DNA of 63,457 nt, the filler included, from Choristocarpus tenellus KU-1152 (lineage: Eukaryota; Protista; Phaeophyceae): assembly GCA_964200185.2 (NCBI GenBank). It is 12 parts of 12 records of this genome, joined end to end, with 100 filler letters (N's around TTAATTAATTAA, not from the genome) between each part and the next. Parts side by side here need not be neighbours in the genome. Positions count along the whole stretch, not along the records: positions 1 to 5,657 come from CAXNAD020010109.1; positions 5,758 to 9,206 come from CAXNAD020019956.1; positions 9,307 to 15,879 come from CAXNAD020007842.1; 9 more parts are not named here. One strand, written 5' to 3'. Under the pieces are notes generated by a model, which worked only from the letters and a program-made list of their open reading frames with translations, had not been told where the DNA came from and ran no database searches. The translations under genes and the position numbers were made by a program. Below are positions 1-12,700 of the stretch, one piece after another. Each line of letters begins with the position of its first letter. The first letter of the stretch is position 1.

Positions 1-65
1 AAATCGCAACATTGGATTTTGACCCCCAAATGGACGCGGCCCTACCCTCTAAGATACTTTGGCTC
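1..65 (+). mobile_element. MITE family A, 3' end (cut by window start), inserted in Gypsy RNase H
   Basis: Ends ...taccctctaagatactttggctc like the other copies; interrupts the Gypsy RH frame just after HTDASEEGAGVTL. Confidence 0.9.
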
Positions 66-1154
66 TCAGGGTTACTCCAGCTCCTTCCTCACTTGCATCT
101 GTATGGAGAAGAAACGGTTTATCCCGGTCTGGAAAGACTAGAATTGATGGGGAAATAAGGTGTACCTTAAGTTCTTCAAATGCCTTTCTGCTCGCCTGAT
201 CCCCAAGGGATACACTTATTCCTGTCTCTTTGGAAGTATACCCATTATTCCGGAGAATGTCAGTTAGTGGTGCGGCTAGTTGGCCATAATTTGGAACAAA
301 CTGTTGCATGTATCCTGTCATGCCCAAAAAACTTCTCGGCTGCTCAACTGTGGACGGGGAATCGAGCTTTGCTACTGCTATCATTTTGATGGAACGGGGC
401 TCAGCCCATCTCTGCCAACCTTCGTCCCTACAAATTCCTGTGAGGGCATACACCACAGGGATTTTGGGAAATTCACAGACAACCCATATTGCTTGAGTCT
501 AGTCAGTATTAGGCAGAGTTTGTTCTTGTGCTCATCAAATGATGAAGTGTTGGAAAAAAGATCGTCTTGCCAGTTCTCTACACCGTTTCCTTTAAGTTCT
601 ACCAACGCCTCTCTCATGTAGCTGGAGAATACTGCAGGCATGATTTTCAAGCCAAAGCCACCTGTTATACTCTCATAGTTGTCCATGAGCATAACGGAAG
701 GTCGTCTTCCTCGGCTATCTCGAGTTGGAAAAATCGTGATGCTAAATCTTGTCAAAGATGCTAGCAATATTCCCCAAGTCTCAATCACTGCTGAGAGATC
801 ATTTTACACTCTATAGTCCATGCACAACCTCAGGGTCCCATCTTTTCTTCGTGTTGCTAGAACTGTCGCTGCCCACACTGAGGTGGAAGGTCTAATTATA
901 CCACGATCCTGTAACTGCTCAACTTCTGTCTGAATCATCCGAATTTCCTCAGGAGAGAAGCGGCTCTGCTTTGCTGCATAGGTTGTACAGTTCTCGTCTA
1001 AAAGTGGTATATGCAATACTCCTGTAGAGGGTGGGGGAACTCTTTTAGGGTCCTCTGGGAATGCCCCTAAATTTCTAAATTCCTCTAGCAATCCCATCAA
1101 CTGTTCCCTTTGCCCTGGTATCAACTGTCCTGTATGGGCATCACTTAGGCCCAC
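66..1154 (-). pseudogene. Gypsy reverse transcriptase / RNase H (frameshifted)
   Basis: Canonical RT_LTR motifs spread over three ORFs. Confidence 0.92.
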
Positions 1155-1902
1155 CGATTGATGCAGGACCTCTCTGGCTTCATCTGAAGGAGTGCCATCC
1201 TTCTCTTCTACTCAACAGTCACTGATCTTGTCTGACCTTGGAGAATGACTTGACTAGGGACTAGCTGTGGCAAGCAGGACCTATGTTCTTTGGGGTTCTT
1301 GCAAGGGTTTGGTTAGTGTATGAAAGAGCGCAACCATCCTCTCTGTGTCATGAGCATTCAGAGCAATTCCTTTTGCAACAGTTAACCCTGCTTGCATGTT
1401 CTACTTGGTTTGTTGCACGTGTTTACCAGTTTGCCATAAATAGGGGTACCTGGTTCCCACCATTGTACACCTGTGGCAACTCCAATGGCATTTCCCAACT
1501 CCAACTTGTACTCTGACAAAGGTTCTATCACCACCAACTGCCTTGATTGCAGTTGTGCCCCCTTGAAACATCCTTTACAGATATTAATGACAAACCCTTC
1601 CACATGTGCCACTTTTGACACACACAATTCCCATTGTAAGATCCCACCATCTTCCCATACCACTTCTGTTGGAAGGGGTACTAGACCTGGAATTTCTAGT
1701 GATGGGATCAGAGGGTCCTTGTCTTCGTCTATGACTGAGATACCTGCTTCTGGATCTACATCGAAGAAGTTCGCATCTTCCTCCACACTGGTTGTGTATG
1801 TTCACCGGCTGGTGTACTAATGCATCTAGGGTATCAGAAGAGTGTTTCAGGAGGGCTTTCTCCAGATCCGGCTGGTTTGGGAGTGTTAGGAGGCATTCTG
1901 TG

Positions 1903-2451
1903 TTATTTGGATGATCGGGTCGTGGATGTAGCTGTTGTTTGCCACTCACCCAGGGCTAACAAGGGTACACTGTTATCACGAGATCTGGGTCCTACAGCTC
2001 GAACAAAAGGTATCCACGGTGATTGTGGGAATGGTCGAAAGCATTCACCTTCTCTTAATGACTGTATGCTCCTGTGCTGTCTACGAAATACTGCTCCTAG
2101 AAACATCCCATAAGGTAATCCTTCCACTACCCTAAATGTCATGCTTCGCACTTTATCCTCTGGGGGAAACAATATTGGTAGTATGCACGACCCTAATACC
2201 TGTGTTGGTGGAATATTGCACCCCCTAGGGTTTGCTGTTTGCAACGTACCCTTGATTGCTTGGTTGAGGTGTGGTAAGCCGTTGCAACTTCCCCAGAGAG
2301 TAGTGCTGCGCCAAAAAGCAGACAAGATGTAATTCCCACTCCCTGCACCTGTGTCGAGGAGTACCTGTATGGGTGTCCTCAAGCGGACTTTGCGTGGATG
2401 CCATAGCAGCGCTGATATCCACACTTGACTAGTTTGTTTGACAGGTGACAT
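1903..2451 (-). pseudogene. Retropepsin-like aspartic protease of Gypsy pol
   Basis: LLDTGA catalytic motif and downstream FRVVEGLPYGMFLGAVF. Confidence 0.85.
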
Positions 2452-3914
2452 GGTGAATATCGTCGAGTTGGGAGTGGGGATCGTACTGTCTATGGCTATA
2501 GTGACAGGGTTCCCTGGAGCCTCAGACTCCAGGGCGCACCTTCAAGAAAAATCTGATGCTTCTGAATCGATCGGACATCTAGCAAATAGTGGAGGAAGTT
2601 CTGAGGCTTGCATCACTGCTAGGTAGAAGATGGGTGTCTGTTAAGGCTACCATCGTACGCGACTCATCAGTAGATTTAGTACCTTGGGATTCGTGAGGGA
2701 AGGTCTCGAAAGATGTGAGAAAGTATCACTTGGGTACTACATAGTCGCCGTGTGTATACCTGCACTTGTGGCTTATAGACTGAAGCAATCTCAACCATAG
2801 GCATGATCAAAGCAAACCCCATGTGCCTTTAGCCATGCAGCGACTTCGTCTTGGGAGGTGCACATTGGAGGAAAGTCCTTACCCTAGTAGTGTCGACTTG
2901 TATCGCTCGCCCTGTCCGTGGCTAAGAAAGGTGCAGATCGAAGCACAGGCTGGGGAGCAGCTGTAAATGGTCGAACGGGTGTGGATGCATTGCTTTTAGG
3001 AACGAATGAGGTCCCGTGTTTCCCAGGAATGAAAGCAGGTTAGTCGGTTGAAGGCAGTACAGACAGCGGGCGAGGGGTTCTGGACTAAAAGAGGTTGAAG
3101 CATCGGTGCGAGGGTCAAGAGTATACTGTTGACAACCTCTTGTCGTGGCAATGAATTTTGGCTTGCTACCTGTTCTGGTATGGACGTCCAGTTCTGGTGA
3201 GTTAGTCCTAGTTCCTGCCTGATGACCAGGGTTTCGGCTGAGGCGGCAAGGGGGTGTGACATGCTAGCAAACATAGCATGTGTATCGGCCATGCTACCTA
3301 AAGCAGTTTGAGTTTTATTCTTGTGCTATGTAAATTTTGCAGCATGTGGATTGGATGCGACAAATGCATATTGGCCATTTCAATTGGATAATTCCTCTAT
3401 AAGATCGTCAAAGATCCGTTCTGCTTTAATTCCACGATGCAACATTTTATTTACTAAAGTATTATTCTGCGAAATTGCTAGTGGGCGAATTTGGCGTCGA
3501 ATTTCTTTGCGAAATGAAAATGCCATGGACTGCACTCCGATCTGGCCTAGAACATTGGGGGAGAAGAATAGGACGAGCTCTTTCACATAGATCGGTGAGT
3601 TGGTCATCAGTTATGTATCTCCAAAAGAAAGTTGTCTCGCATACATGAGGCATCCGCAGATCTACGGTATATTCCTGGTAGTGCGAAACTAGTCGGTTGG
3701 TTACAGCCTTGCACGACTCTCTTCTCTCCGTCTTCAAAGAACTCATGGCATCCTTCATTGCATTTTTTGACTGACTGTATGAAAGAGTGCATTCTCTCAC
3801 CAAAATGCGAACCCACTTAGTTGCCATCATGTACTCCTGAGGAACTTGCAAGAGCTGTCCTTTGACGCTTGGGACTTCAATTGTAGACGACGAGTCAATC
3901 AGAAGATCACTGCT

Positions 3915-4153
3915 AGCGAAAGTATCTTAGAGGGTAAGAGTTTTGCCCTTTTTGTCCGTTTAGGTTTTTTGTGACATTTTACCTACTCCGAAATGTTTTG
4001 GAGTAGGTAAAATGTATACATTATGAAAAGGTGTGTCTAAACAAGGATATTGACACTTCCTAACAAACACAAGAGCGAAAATTACATCAAAATCGCAACA
4101 TTGGATTTTGGCCCCCAAATGGACGCAGCTCTACCCCCTAAGATACTTGACTC
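3915..4153 (+). mobile_element. MITE family A copy (in Gypsy gag)
   Basis: TIRs aaagtatcttagagggta / taccccctaagatacttgactc; internal hairpin cattttacctactccgaaa-tg-ttttggagtaggtaaaatg. Confidence 0.9.
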
Positions 4154-5312
4154 CGTGGGTTCTGAGGGAGTCAGACAAGAGTTGTTCGAGGAAATCGATC
4201 CAGAAGGGTGTTGGGGCATCACTTCATAGACGTGATGCATGGTGGTTTCTGGATCAGTCCTTGGGTAAGGCCATATTCCTCCTTGAACTCTCCTGAGAGC
4301 CTTGGTGAGAGTGTCAGCAAAAAGAATGGGGTTATTGGACGTGGTGGGAACAGATTCATCTCCAGACACCCCTAGAAAAACGATACCCTTGGCTGGATCT
4401 CCGAGTTTCTTATGGATGGATTCTATAGCTTTAGTACAGTCTTGATGGCAACGCATGTCTAGGTTTCAAGATGTTCTTTCTCATCTTGTCTACCGAATCG
4501 AGAATCGTTCAATTCACCCTGTGCACGCAACTCGTTAATTTCACTTCGTAATTGTGCTTCCACCTCTCTGTAACGATGTACCGGACTTATGCTTTCCCTC
4601 CGAGATGGCCTCGGTGATACAGACCTATGTGGTGGCGAATCTCTGATTCGGCTGCAATGACCCAAGTGAACAAGTTTGGCCACTGTGTACGTATCGTTTA
4701 AAGTACCTATCACGGGATCTCAACCTGGAATGGGATCTGTCACGAGTGGAAGACTGAAAGTGAAGACGTTCTCTTGACTTACCTTGGCGTTCAGTGCAGT
4801 AGACATGACTGCTGTGGGAATTTTCCTGAGATGCGGTGCTAGGCTGGAACCTCTCCGAATCATTGATTCCTGGAGGAATCTGTGCATCAGAAAAGACTTT
4901 GACACTCTGTAAACTCCGTGAGCCAGACATGTATGCAAACCTTAGAACAGCGTGACACACGAAAAAGAAATCGGGAATGAAAGTGTACGAGTGGCAGGAA
5001 ATAAATATTGGGCAACTTCTTTACCATGGCAGTCAGAAACCACTTAGTTACGATTGGAGGTATTGTTCATATCGATTCCTCCAGCTGTAGTGGATATCGC
5101 TAGTAGCATACATACAGGATACAAGAATTAGTAGTTGGTTAATCCATATTTGTTCTTGTATACGAAAGGATAGGAGTTTTCCCTTAAAGCATGGTGTTTT
5201 GGGGCTGTATGGTCACCCTCTCTGCTTGGTAATAATCACTCTACAACATTTGGTAATACACCTGTATTTATCTCTTCTATCCGTACATGAGCCGGGGGAT
5301 ACTTTAACAGGT

Positions 5313-5429
5313 GAGCCAAAGCATCTTAGAGGGTAGAACCGTGTCCATTTGGAGCCCAATATCCAATGTTTCGATTTTGATGTAATTCTTGCTATCGTGT
5401 TTGTTAGGAAGTGTCAATATCCTTGCTCC
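5313..5429 (-). mobile_element. MITE family A, partial inverted copy
   Basis: Reverse complement of the 3' half of the family A consensus. Confidence 0.85.
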
Positions 5430-5657
5430 AATCCACAGGCCTATAGATGATGCTGTGTTACAGCGTGCCCCTCAGAACTCACCTCCACAGGATGTACAAC
5501 TCAAATCCAACGACCTTAAAACGACACTATGGGAACGTTGCCCTTGATAACAGTTTGTAGGGTGTCAGATGTCCTTCTCTTCTTGATATTCCACTCAGTG
5601 CTTAGCTCAAAGCTCGACTCAAAGTTTCGTTCAAGATAAAAAGTAAGGACTGGAGGT

Positions 5658-5757
5658 NNNNNNNNNNNNNNNNNNNNNNNNNNNNNNNNNNNNNNNNNNN
5701 NTTAATTAATTAANNNNNNNNNNNNNNNNNNNNNNNNNNNNNNNNNNNNNNNNNNNN
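5658..5757. other. Artificial contig-joining spacer (first of 11)
   Basis: N44-TTAATTAATTAA-N44 (stops in all six frames). Identical spacers at 9207-9306, 15880-15979, 19101-19200, 26195-26294, 29173-29272, 37196-37295, 42944-43043, 46163-46262, 51825-51924, 58875-58974. Confidence 0.98.
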
Positions 5758-6077
5758 GGGGGGACACACACACACACAAACGTTATGGGGGTAGTTAAGT
5801 TTAAATATCGTCAGGGGTATACCTTCACAAACGTTTTCACATCCCAATAGAACCAATAGAACCAAAATAAAAAAAAGAAAATCAAAACGCACGGAAAAAT
5901 AAAAAATAGAAAATACAAAGGTTAAAAAAATAAAAAAAACAAAAAAAAATGCAATAAATATATGTGTAGATGGTAATAATGTACCCCAATCAGTACAAGC
6001 AGAGGAAAAAAAACAAAAAAAAACACACACAAGCAAGCTAGCACAAGCACACAGGTATGAATAAAAATAATTGTTAC

Positions 6078-8985
6078 TGCGAGAAATGATGCATGGAGTT
6101 CCTCCTCCATCAAGAGAAGTGTCTCACCATTAATACCCAACCCAAAGCAGATCTAAAGCAGGTTTACAGCGAGAACTGCATCAAGTACAAGTACATAAAG
6201 CGAGGAGGGGGAGAGGTGTGGTACAGTACTAAATATACTGTAGTACTAAATACACTGTAGTACTAAATATACTGTAGTACTAAACAAGAATACCTCCCGT
6301 GATGGAAAAAGGTCACACCTTTTTTTAGGTACACCCTTTATGTGTCAAATGCACACGAAATGTATCTATAATAACATAAACACACACACACACACACACA
6401 TGTATATACACACAAGCATATAGGAATGTATATTACAAGGAAGAAAAGTTGAGCTAGGGTATCACCTCAATCACACCCTGAGACGCCATCCAACTGTTAG
6501 GAAACCCCTCAACCAATACACCGTGGATGAGAATCTGTAAATCGTATCACAAACAAACCTCCCCCCCCTCCCTCCCCAAATCACAATCAATCAATATACT
6601 GTCTCAAGAAATCGATGGAAAAGAAAAATGTTACAATTTAACAAAAACTAAAAAATGAACTGTTTAGCTGCTGCTGCTGCTGTTGCTAGGGTTAGGGGGG
6701 TTATGTCTCACCCATGGGGCAGAAGTCGTCCTTTGATCTTGAGTCCTTGACCAATACCTTAGAATCATTGATGTACCCTGCATTGTGTGCCTCCACCAGC
6801 TGGGCTGATGGAAACGGACCGTATATATTCTCTCGACGGTCCTTTTTATTTTATTTTATTTTATTTATTTAAGAAAAGAGAGTCAAATAACACGACAAAA
6901 AACTATATATATGTATGTATTAAAAAAAAATCAGGAAAGAAGAAGAAAAAAGGACAAATAAATAAATATTGCATTTTTTTTGTTTAATATTGTGAAAAAA
7001 AATAGTACAATTTAAGCACACATACGTGCACTGTAAATAAGAAAAAAATATCACAAGTGTGGTGAGGTGAGATGTGTGCTTAGTACAAACAATACAAAAT
7101 ATCATACACACTTTGAGTTGTGGATACTCATGGGTAAACACATAATTATTATCATTATCATTATTTTTATTATCACTACACACAGAGCAACGGATATCTG
7201 TACCTGCATCTATCGTCAAGCACCCCCCTTCCCCCCCTTCCCTTATATTCCACAAAAAAAATCCACGAAAAAAAACCGTTGTCGGAGGGGTTTGAACTCA
7301 GGAAATGGTCACCGGTATTACCGTACTTAAACATACATCGTTCCACGAAAAATTTGGACAAAAAAAAAATTTAGTGTGGCAGAGGGGAAGGTCAAACTGA
7401 AATCTCGCGCAGATCGCCATCACTCAATATGACGCACCAAAACAGCTGTAACTACCCAGCAGCCAACAGCACCCACGGCATGTATCTTACTTGGGGGTCC
7501 AAGTGCCTGTGCTTCAAGAACACTCCTGCAAAAACTCAGTCTACCTATCCTCGACAAGATTTAATGTTCTTTGGTTTGAAATACATGAATGTATATGTTT
7601 ATGTTTATGTTTGTGTGTATGTATGATAGTTAGGGATAGGGTTAGGGCTAGAGGTTAGGTGAGTTACAGCAATGAATGGACAAAGGGGACATGAGTGCGT
7701 TGAACACCAAAAACAAATGTAAGGGTTAGGGGAAAGAGAAGTATTTTGTACATTGTGGTCACAACCTCTGCAACAAGCAGCAAACACACTATCCACCTAA
7801 ATATTTGATACCATTCAAATTCCTCCCAGGTTTGCCCCTCTAGAGTCAAATTCTAAAGCGACTAAAAAATAGTAAGAATGAAAAAAATAATAATCAATAT
7901 CATTAATACTACAATAATGATAAATAAATATAATAAATACTATAATAACGATAAATGTTATACTTCATACTATTTATTATATGTTTGCTCCTTACCTTAC
8001 AATAGTAGGTGGAACTTTCCAACTGCTCAAGATCAGCATCGTCTCTCCCCTCCATGGCTAGCAACTCCTTCAACTGAGACCTTGAGCAAGCACACAAACA
8101 CACACACACACACAAAGAGTCAGTTCAGTACACCACCAGAATGTAACCTAGCAACACCATCAAGAAAAAAAAAAGAAAGGGGTTTGACAAAAGAACAGGC
8201 ATGTTGAACTGCTGCCAAGGGTCAGGGTTCCAAGTGCACTCTCCAATGTTTCACACAAAATGCAAAACTTTCCACCAATGGAAGACAATGTATGTAATTT
8301 CTACCAATGAAAATCAATGTATGGCACATCCAACCAACGGGATACACTGGTCCTACGCACTCACCTATCCAATCAATAATATTATGTTCATACTGTAATG
8401 ACATTACGCTGATAGGGATATGGGGTTAGGGCTGGTATGTTGCGCAGAAAATAATAAATAAAAATACACCAACCCTAAGAAAACAAAGAAATAAATTAAT
8501 CCATACAATAATTGCACTCTCCATCTTGAACAGTCAACACAAAGTTAACATACAGTTAACATACAGTTAACATACAGTTAACATACAGTTAACATACAGT
8601 TAACATACTCCCTAGAATATAACCTAACCCTAACTATAGCTCAAGAATGCCACTGCTTTCTTTCGAAGACCCCTACCAACTATAAAAAAACGTGAAGGTA
8701 TGTCCTTAGTACAACATAACATAACATAACATAACACAACACACACAACACAACACACCACACCACAACACAACACAACACAACACAACACACCTGAGCC
8801 ACTCTCGGTCCACTGTTGTCCCGTTCTCCTTGGGTGCTGCAACCCTAGCCTTACTCTCCACGGCTAGAAGCATCAACTGCAGCTGCCTCGTCACGGGGTT
8901 GGTAGGGACACTAGCCGCCATCGCCATCCCCTCCTTTATAGAAACCCCTGACCTAGGCTCGCTGCTGCGCCTATTGGTGCGACTC
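6078..8985 (-). CDS. Partial multi-exon gene with a GYF-like domain
   Basis: Phase-compatible GT/AG exons 8794-8985, 7996-8080, 7797-7852, plus exons near 7490-7540, 6712-6841 (DRRENIYGPFPSAQLVEAHNAGYINDSKVLVK, GPF...GY[F/I] GYF pattern), ~6465-6535 and ~6078-6152. Both ends incomplete. Confidence 0.6.
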
Positions 8986-9641
8986 CTGTATCATAAAAAA
9001 TATATATACATACATACATAAATAACACAAAAAAAACACATTGTAAACAATAAAATAACCTGTAATGAATTTTGAAACATTGAAAAAAAAAACAAAGACG
9101 ACTTGTCCTTCACATACGCAATACATACATATACATACAACTTACCTGTCCATTCCCTGACCCCCCCCCCCCCACACACCCCCAAACACCCCCCCCCCCC
9201 CCCCCANNNNNNNNNNNNNNNNNNNNNNNNNNNNNNNNNNNNNNNNNNNNTTAATTAATTAANNNNNNNNNNNNNNNNNNNNNNNNNNNNNNNNNNNNNN
9301 NNNNNNCCCCTGTTCGAAGTGCTCAGACTCCTGATTGGCCGTGCCATTACACCTTGGGGGGATTTGCATGATTCATTTAGTATCTCCTTTCCTGTACAGC
9401 ACGGTTGACGTGCTTGGAACAAAACTCTGCAATTTTTTCCGCATGTGGTGGTATCTCACTTTTGTTTTTGATTTTGTTTGTGCCCTTACCCTCTTGTGTA
9501 TGCTCTCTCTATGCCAACTTCGTTCCACCTCCTGGTTTGGTTGTGTCGCTGGTGTTGCCTGCGGTGCCGCCGCTGTTCGTCATTGGGATGGATGGCATTT
9601 TTTATGTTATTTTATTTATTTTTTTTGGGGGGGGGGAACAG

Positions 9642-9773
9642 GCAGTGCAAGCCAATCTGCCGCTTGATAATCTGTCGTCAAGGAAGACAGACTATGCCCC
9701 TGGTGCCAAGCTAGCGCCGCTGTTTGGGCGCAAGGGGGTGACAACCAAGCGTGGCAACAACCACACCTCCAAG
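9642..9773 (+). CDS. Isolated internal exon, unknown protein
   Basis: AG|...|GT boundaries, 132 nt open in phase 0 (AVQANLPLDNLSSRKTDYAPGAKLAPLFGRKGVTTKRGNNHTSK). Confidence 0.45.
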
Positions 9774-12700
9774 GTGCATGCTCTTTGTTGGAGTTGGATA
9801 CGATTGCTAGGCTTATTGTCCTTTTAACAAAAAAATTATCTCATCACTGCGCACTACTAGAGTGTAGTACATAATCTCTTGGCAGGGTTGTCTCAACAGA
9901 AATCCCATGCGTACACACACACACACACACACACACAAACCCCTTCAGGGGCTATAGCCAGCATCTTGCTCCCCCCCAAGTCAAACCGTAGTATTAATTG
10001 AGCGAAGACCTTTTCATGGTTAGTGTATTTGTAAGTAGCATCGAGTCCTATGATGCTTGACGTTCATGTTCACACCAAAAATGAATTGTAGTTGTGGTTA
10101 CATATATATATATATATACATCGATACGCAAGGTCATACATACACAGGAATGTACTTGGTATGGGTGGTGTGTTCTATCCAGTATAGCATTTGGACCTGC
10201 ACAAGTGCAGAATATATTGGTATGTGATGGACACAAGACAGTTTGCTTAAAAGCACCCATGGTGTATCTGTTATCTTACACCCCCACTGCATCCCAAAAT
10301 ATATAAACCTTGATCTTTTTTGCATCCCTCCACCGCTCCACGTGGTGTATTAGGTGACAAGATCTGGGAAGCGAGGAGAGCCCAATGAACTCAATCAATG
10401 GGGCAGAGGGAAGGGTTCATCCATGGTGGGAGCTGGGGGAGGGAGAGGTAAAAAGAGCCCTGGGGGGAGGGGGAAGGGAAGATGGACGGCAGGTCGCGGA
10501 AGCGGAGGCCGAACAGGCCCTGGTCGGGCACGCAAGTACAATTAGTTGATGAGGTTAGATCTCTGAACAAATCTGGTTGGGTTTGGTCTGTTGTTGGGGT
10601 TTGAGGTGTGGTTGCCCATGGGGAAGGACGGTGGTGATGGTTGAGCAGGGACTGTGATGGGAGGTTTTGATTTTGTTTCAAGAGGTGATATTGGTGTATG
10701 GTTTATTATTTTTTGGTGTTTGTTGTGGAGGTGGTATAGTAAATGGTCACTTTTGGCAAAGGTAGCCACTAGGTTCGTGTGTTGGTCAATCGATTCTATC
10801 CCTTCTTTAGGCACTGGGATGGACTTGTTGATCTTTGTGTGCGATATGTGCATAGGTGCTTGTGTATGACCTGGCTTGCTGCTTTAACTGGTTGGTTGTA
10901 TTCTGTGTTGTCCTTTATTATCCCTGATGAGGCAGTTGCAGATTTTATATTGTGACTAACGAATGAGAGCATCGTCTGCAGTAATTCTTTTTTAGAATGG
11001 AATTACCTCTTCCTCTTAGCTGACACACTGTTGCTAGTATTAGTAGTGATGATGGCCAGGCATTGGCTATTGTATCTATTTTCATGTGCCTTTAATAATA
11101 ACATGTGTGTATTCAAGTCCTTCACACCAGACATGCAGGTGGGACGGAGCCTGCCCAATGCAACTAGATCCATATATTGAGGCCCAGTGAGGCAGTCCTT
11201 GCGTCCCCTTCCTCTGCCAGTCCCTATTGTTCCGTTCCACAACCATATTTTGATCTGTACCATAGGGCAATGATGATGTTATCCGCATGCATCATCATGT
11301 CCTGACTGTTCTCATGCTGTCCTTGCCAGAGTGGTCATGTGATTTTGTGTACCGTTACAGATATTTGTAGTCACTGTTCAGTAGAGCCCCTTCACAACTA
11401 GAGTTCTGTCTCTTCCACATACATGGTGCAGGATATAGACTCCAGTGTACTCGCCTATTGTATACCAGGCTCCTCCAGATTTGTTTCCTCCGCAAGCCAC
11501 TTTTATCTCCATAAGCGACTCTAGAATTTCCTTCTTGCCATCTCCATTGGAACTATTATTGTGATGATGCCCATTTTTTCCCCTCTATATTATGATCAGT
11601 CTCAGAGGTATTAGCAATTTAGTTGTTGGGAAAGAGGTACTTTACCTGCTGATCATTGGGTCTGCAGACCGCCTCCCCACTATTTGGAACCCTGATGAGA
11701 TACTTCTAACTTCAACCCAGGAACAACCAGTCCACTGCATCGTTCTGATACTCAGCAAAAATAAGCATCGCATATTGCATGGGAGGAGCACAGTAGAGTG
11801 GTGACTAAGACCCCAGGGCTTGAACTAAAAACTGAATTCACTAAGCCCCACAAGTAGAAGGGCATGGGGACATGAATAGATCAAAACCCTCTTTAGTCGC
11901 ATCATGGTTTTATGTCTTTTTCCCCTTTAGCACACTATTGAAAATAGTAGTTGTACAAGACTATTTCCTTTCATATACAAGCAGCAGGTATTAATGGTAT
12001 GTGGAGATTAGTGGGAGGTAGATTACATTCTGCTCAAAGTAATGATTTTATTTGCCAAAGGATGGACAGGTAGGTCTTTGCTTTGGGGTCCAACTGGTTT
12101 GATTAGAGTTGGGTTGATTACAATGTCTTTGCAGATTTATGATCCTTGTAGGTCAGTGGTAGTCTCCCAGTTTCCGTTACGGATACTTTCCTGAGGTTTA
12201 AACCCAGTGGGGCATCTGATTTCGGTTACACCACATGGCAAGCACGACAGAAAGGTACACCTGTACCCCTCCTCTTTGTCACTAAACTACAAGAGTCTTA
12301 CCACGGGTTGGGGCTATAGGTATTAGGGCCAACCTAGGGTTCTTGTCCCACACTAAAGTGAAGACCAAAATAGTAGGACATTCTCGTCCCACCACGCAAT
12401 TTAAGACCCAAACTTAATAATGCACACTAACAAACACCATCTCTTAGAGTTTAGAGTTTCGTACTGATAGTTACGCACTGTGTTATACTTTGCGATAAAT
12501 AATATTCTGTAGAATTGTTGTTTCGTTTTTTGGAGAGATCCTATATTTCTTCCAAATTGCTGTGTTGGCTTGGTAAAGCAAGGAATATACCATCTGTCCA
12601 CTACTGACAGAGTGATGATGTGAATCCTGCTTGGTCTTTTGAATTATTGTTCTTGAAGTACGTGCACTGTTTAAAGGCTATCGTAGACCTCATGATCTCC

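Larger units (their letters stand above)
66..4960 (-). mobile_element. Degenerate Ty3/Gypsy LTR retrotransposon (gag-PR-RT-RH; integrase lies outside the window)
   Basis: Protease VLLDTGAGSGNY (1903-2451). RT motifs IIRPSTSVWAA...KDGTLRLCMDYR (804-1154), FGLKIMPAVF...WQDD (381-788), RSFLGMTGY...FVPNY and RH start FLLHTDAS (49-456). Many frameshifts and stops. The gag-like region is roughly 2450-4960; the 5' boundary and LTR are not resolved. Confidence 0.92.

Noticed and set aside
5702-5713. Recurrent palindrome TTAATTAATTAA
   Set aside because: Always centred in N44 padding; it is an artificial six-frame-stop linker.
7262-7345. tRNA or SINE (minus-strand GAGTTCAAACCC followed by a T-run)
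   Set aside because: Only a B-box-like motif; no cloverleaf, A-box or second copy visible.
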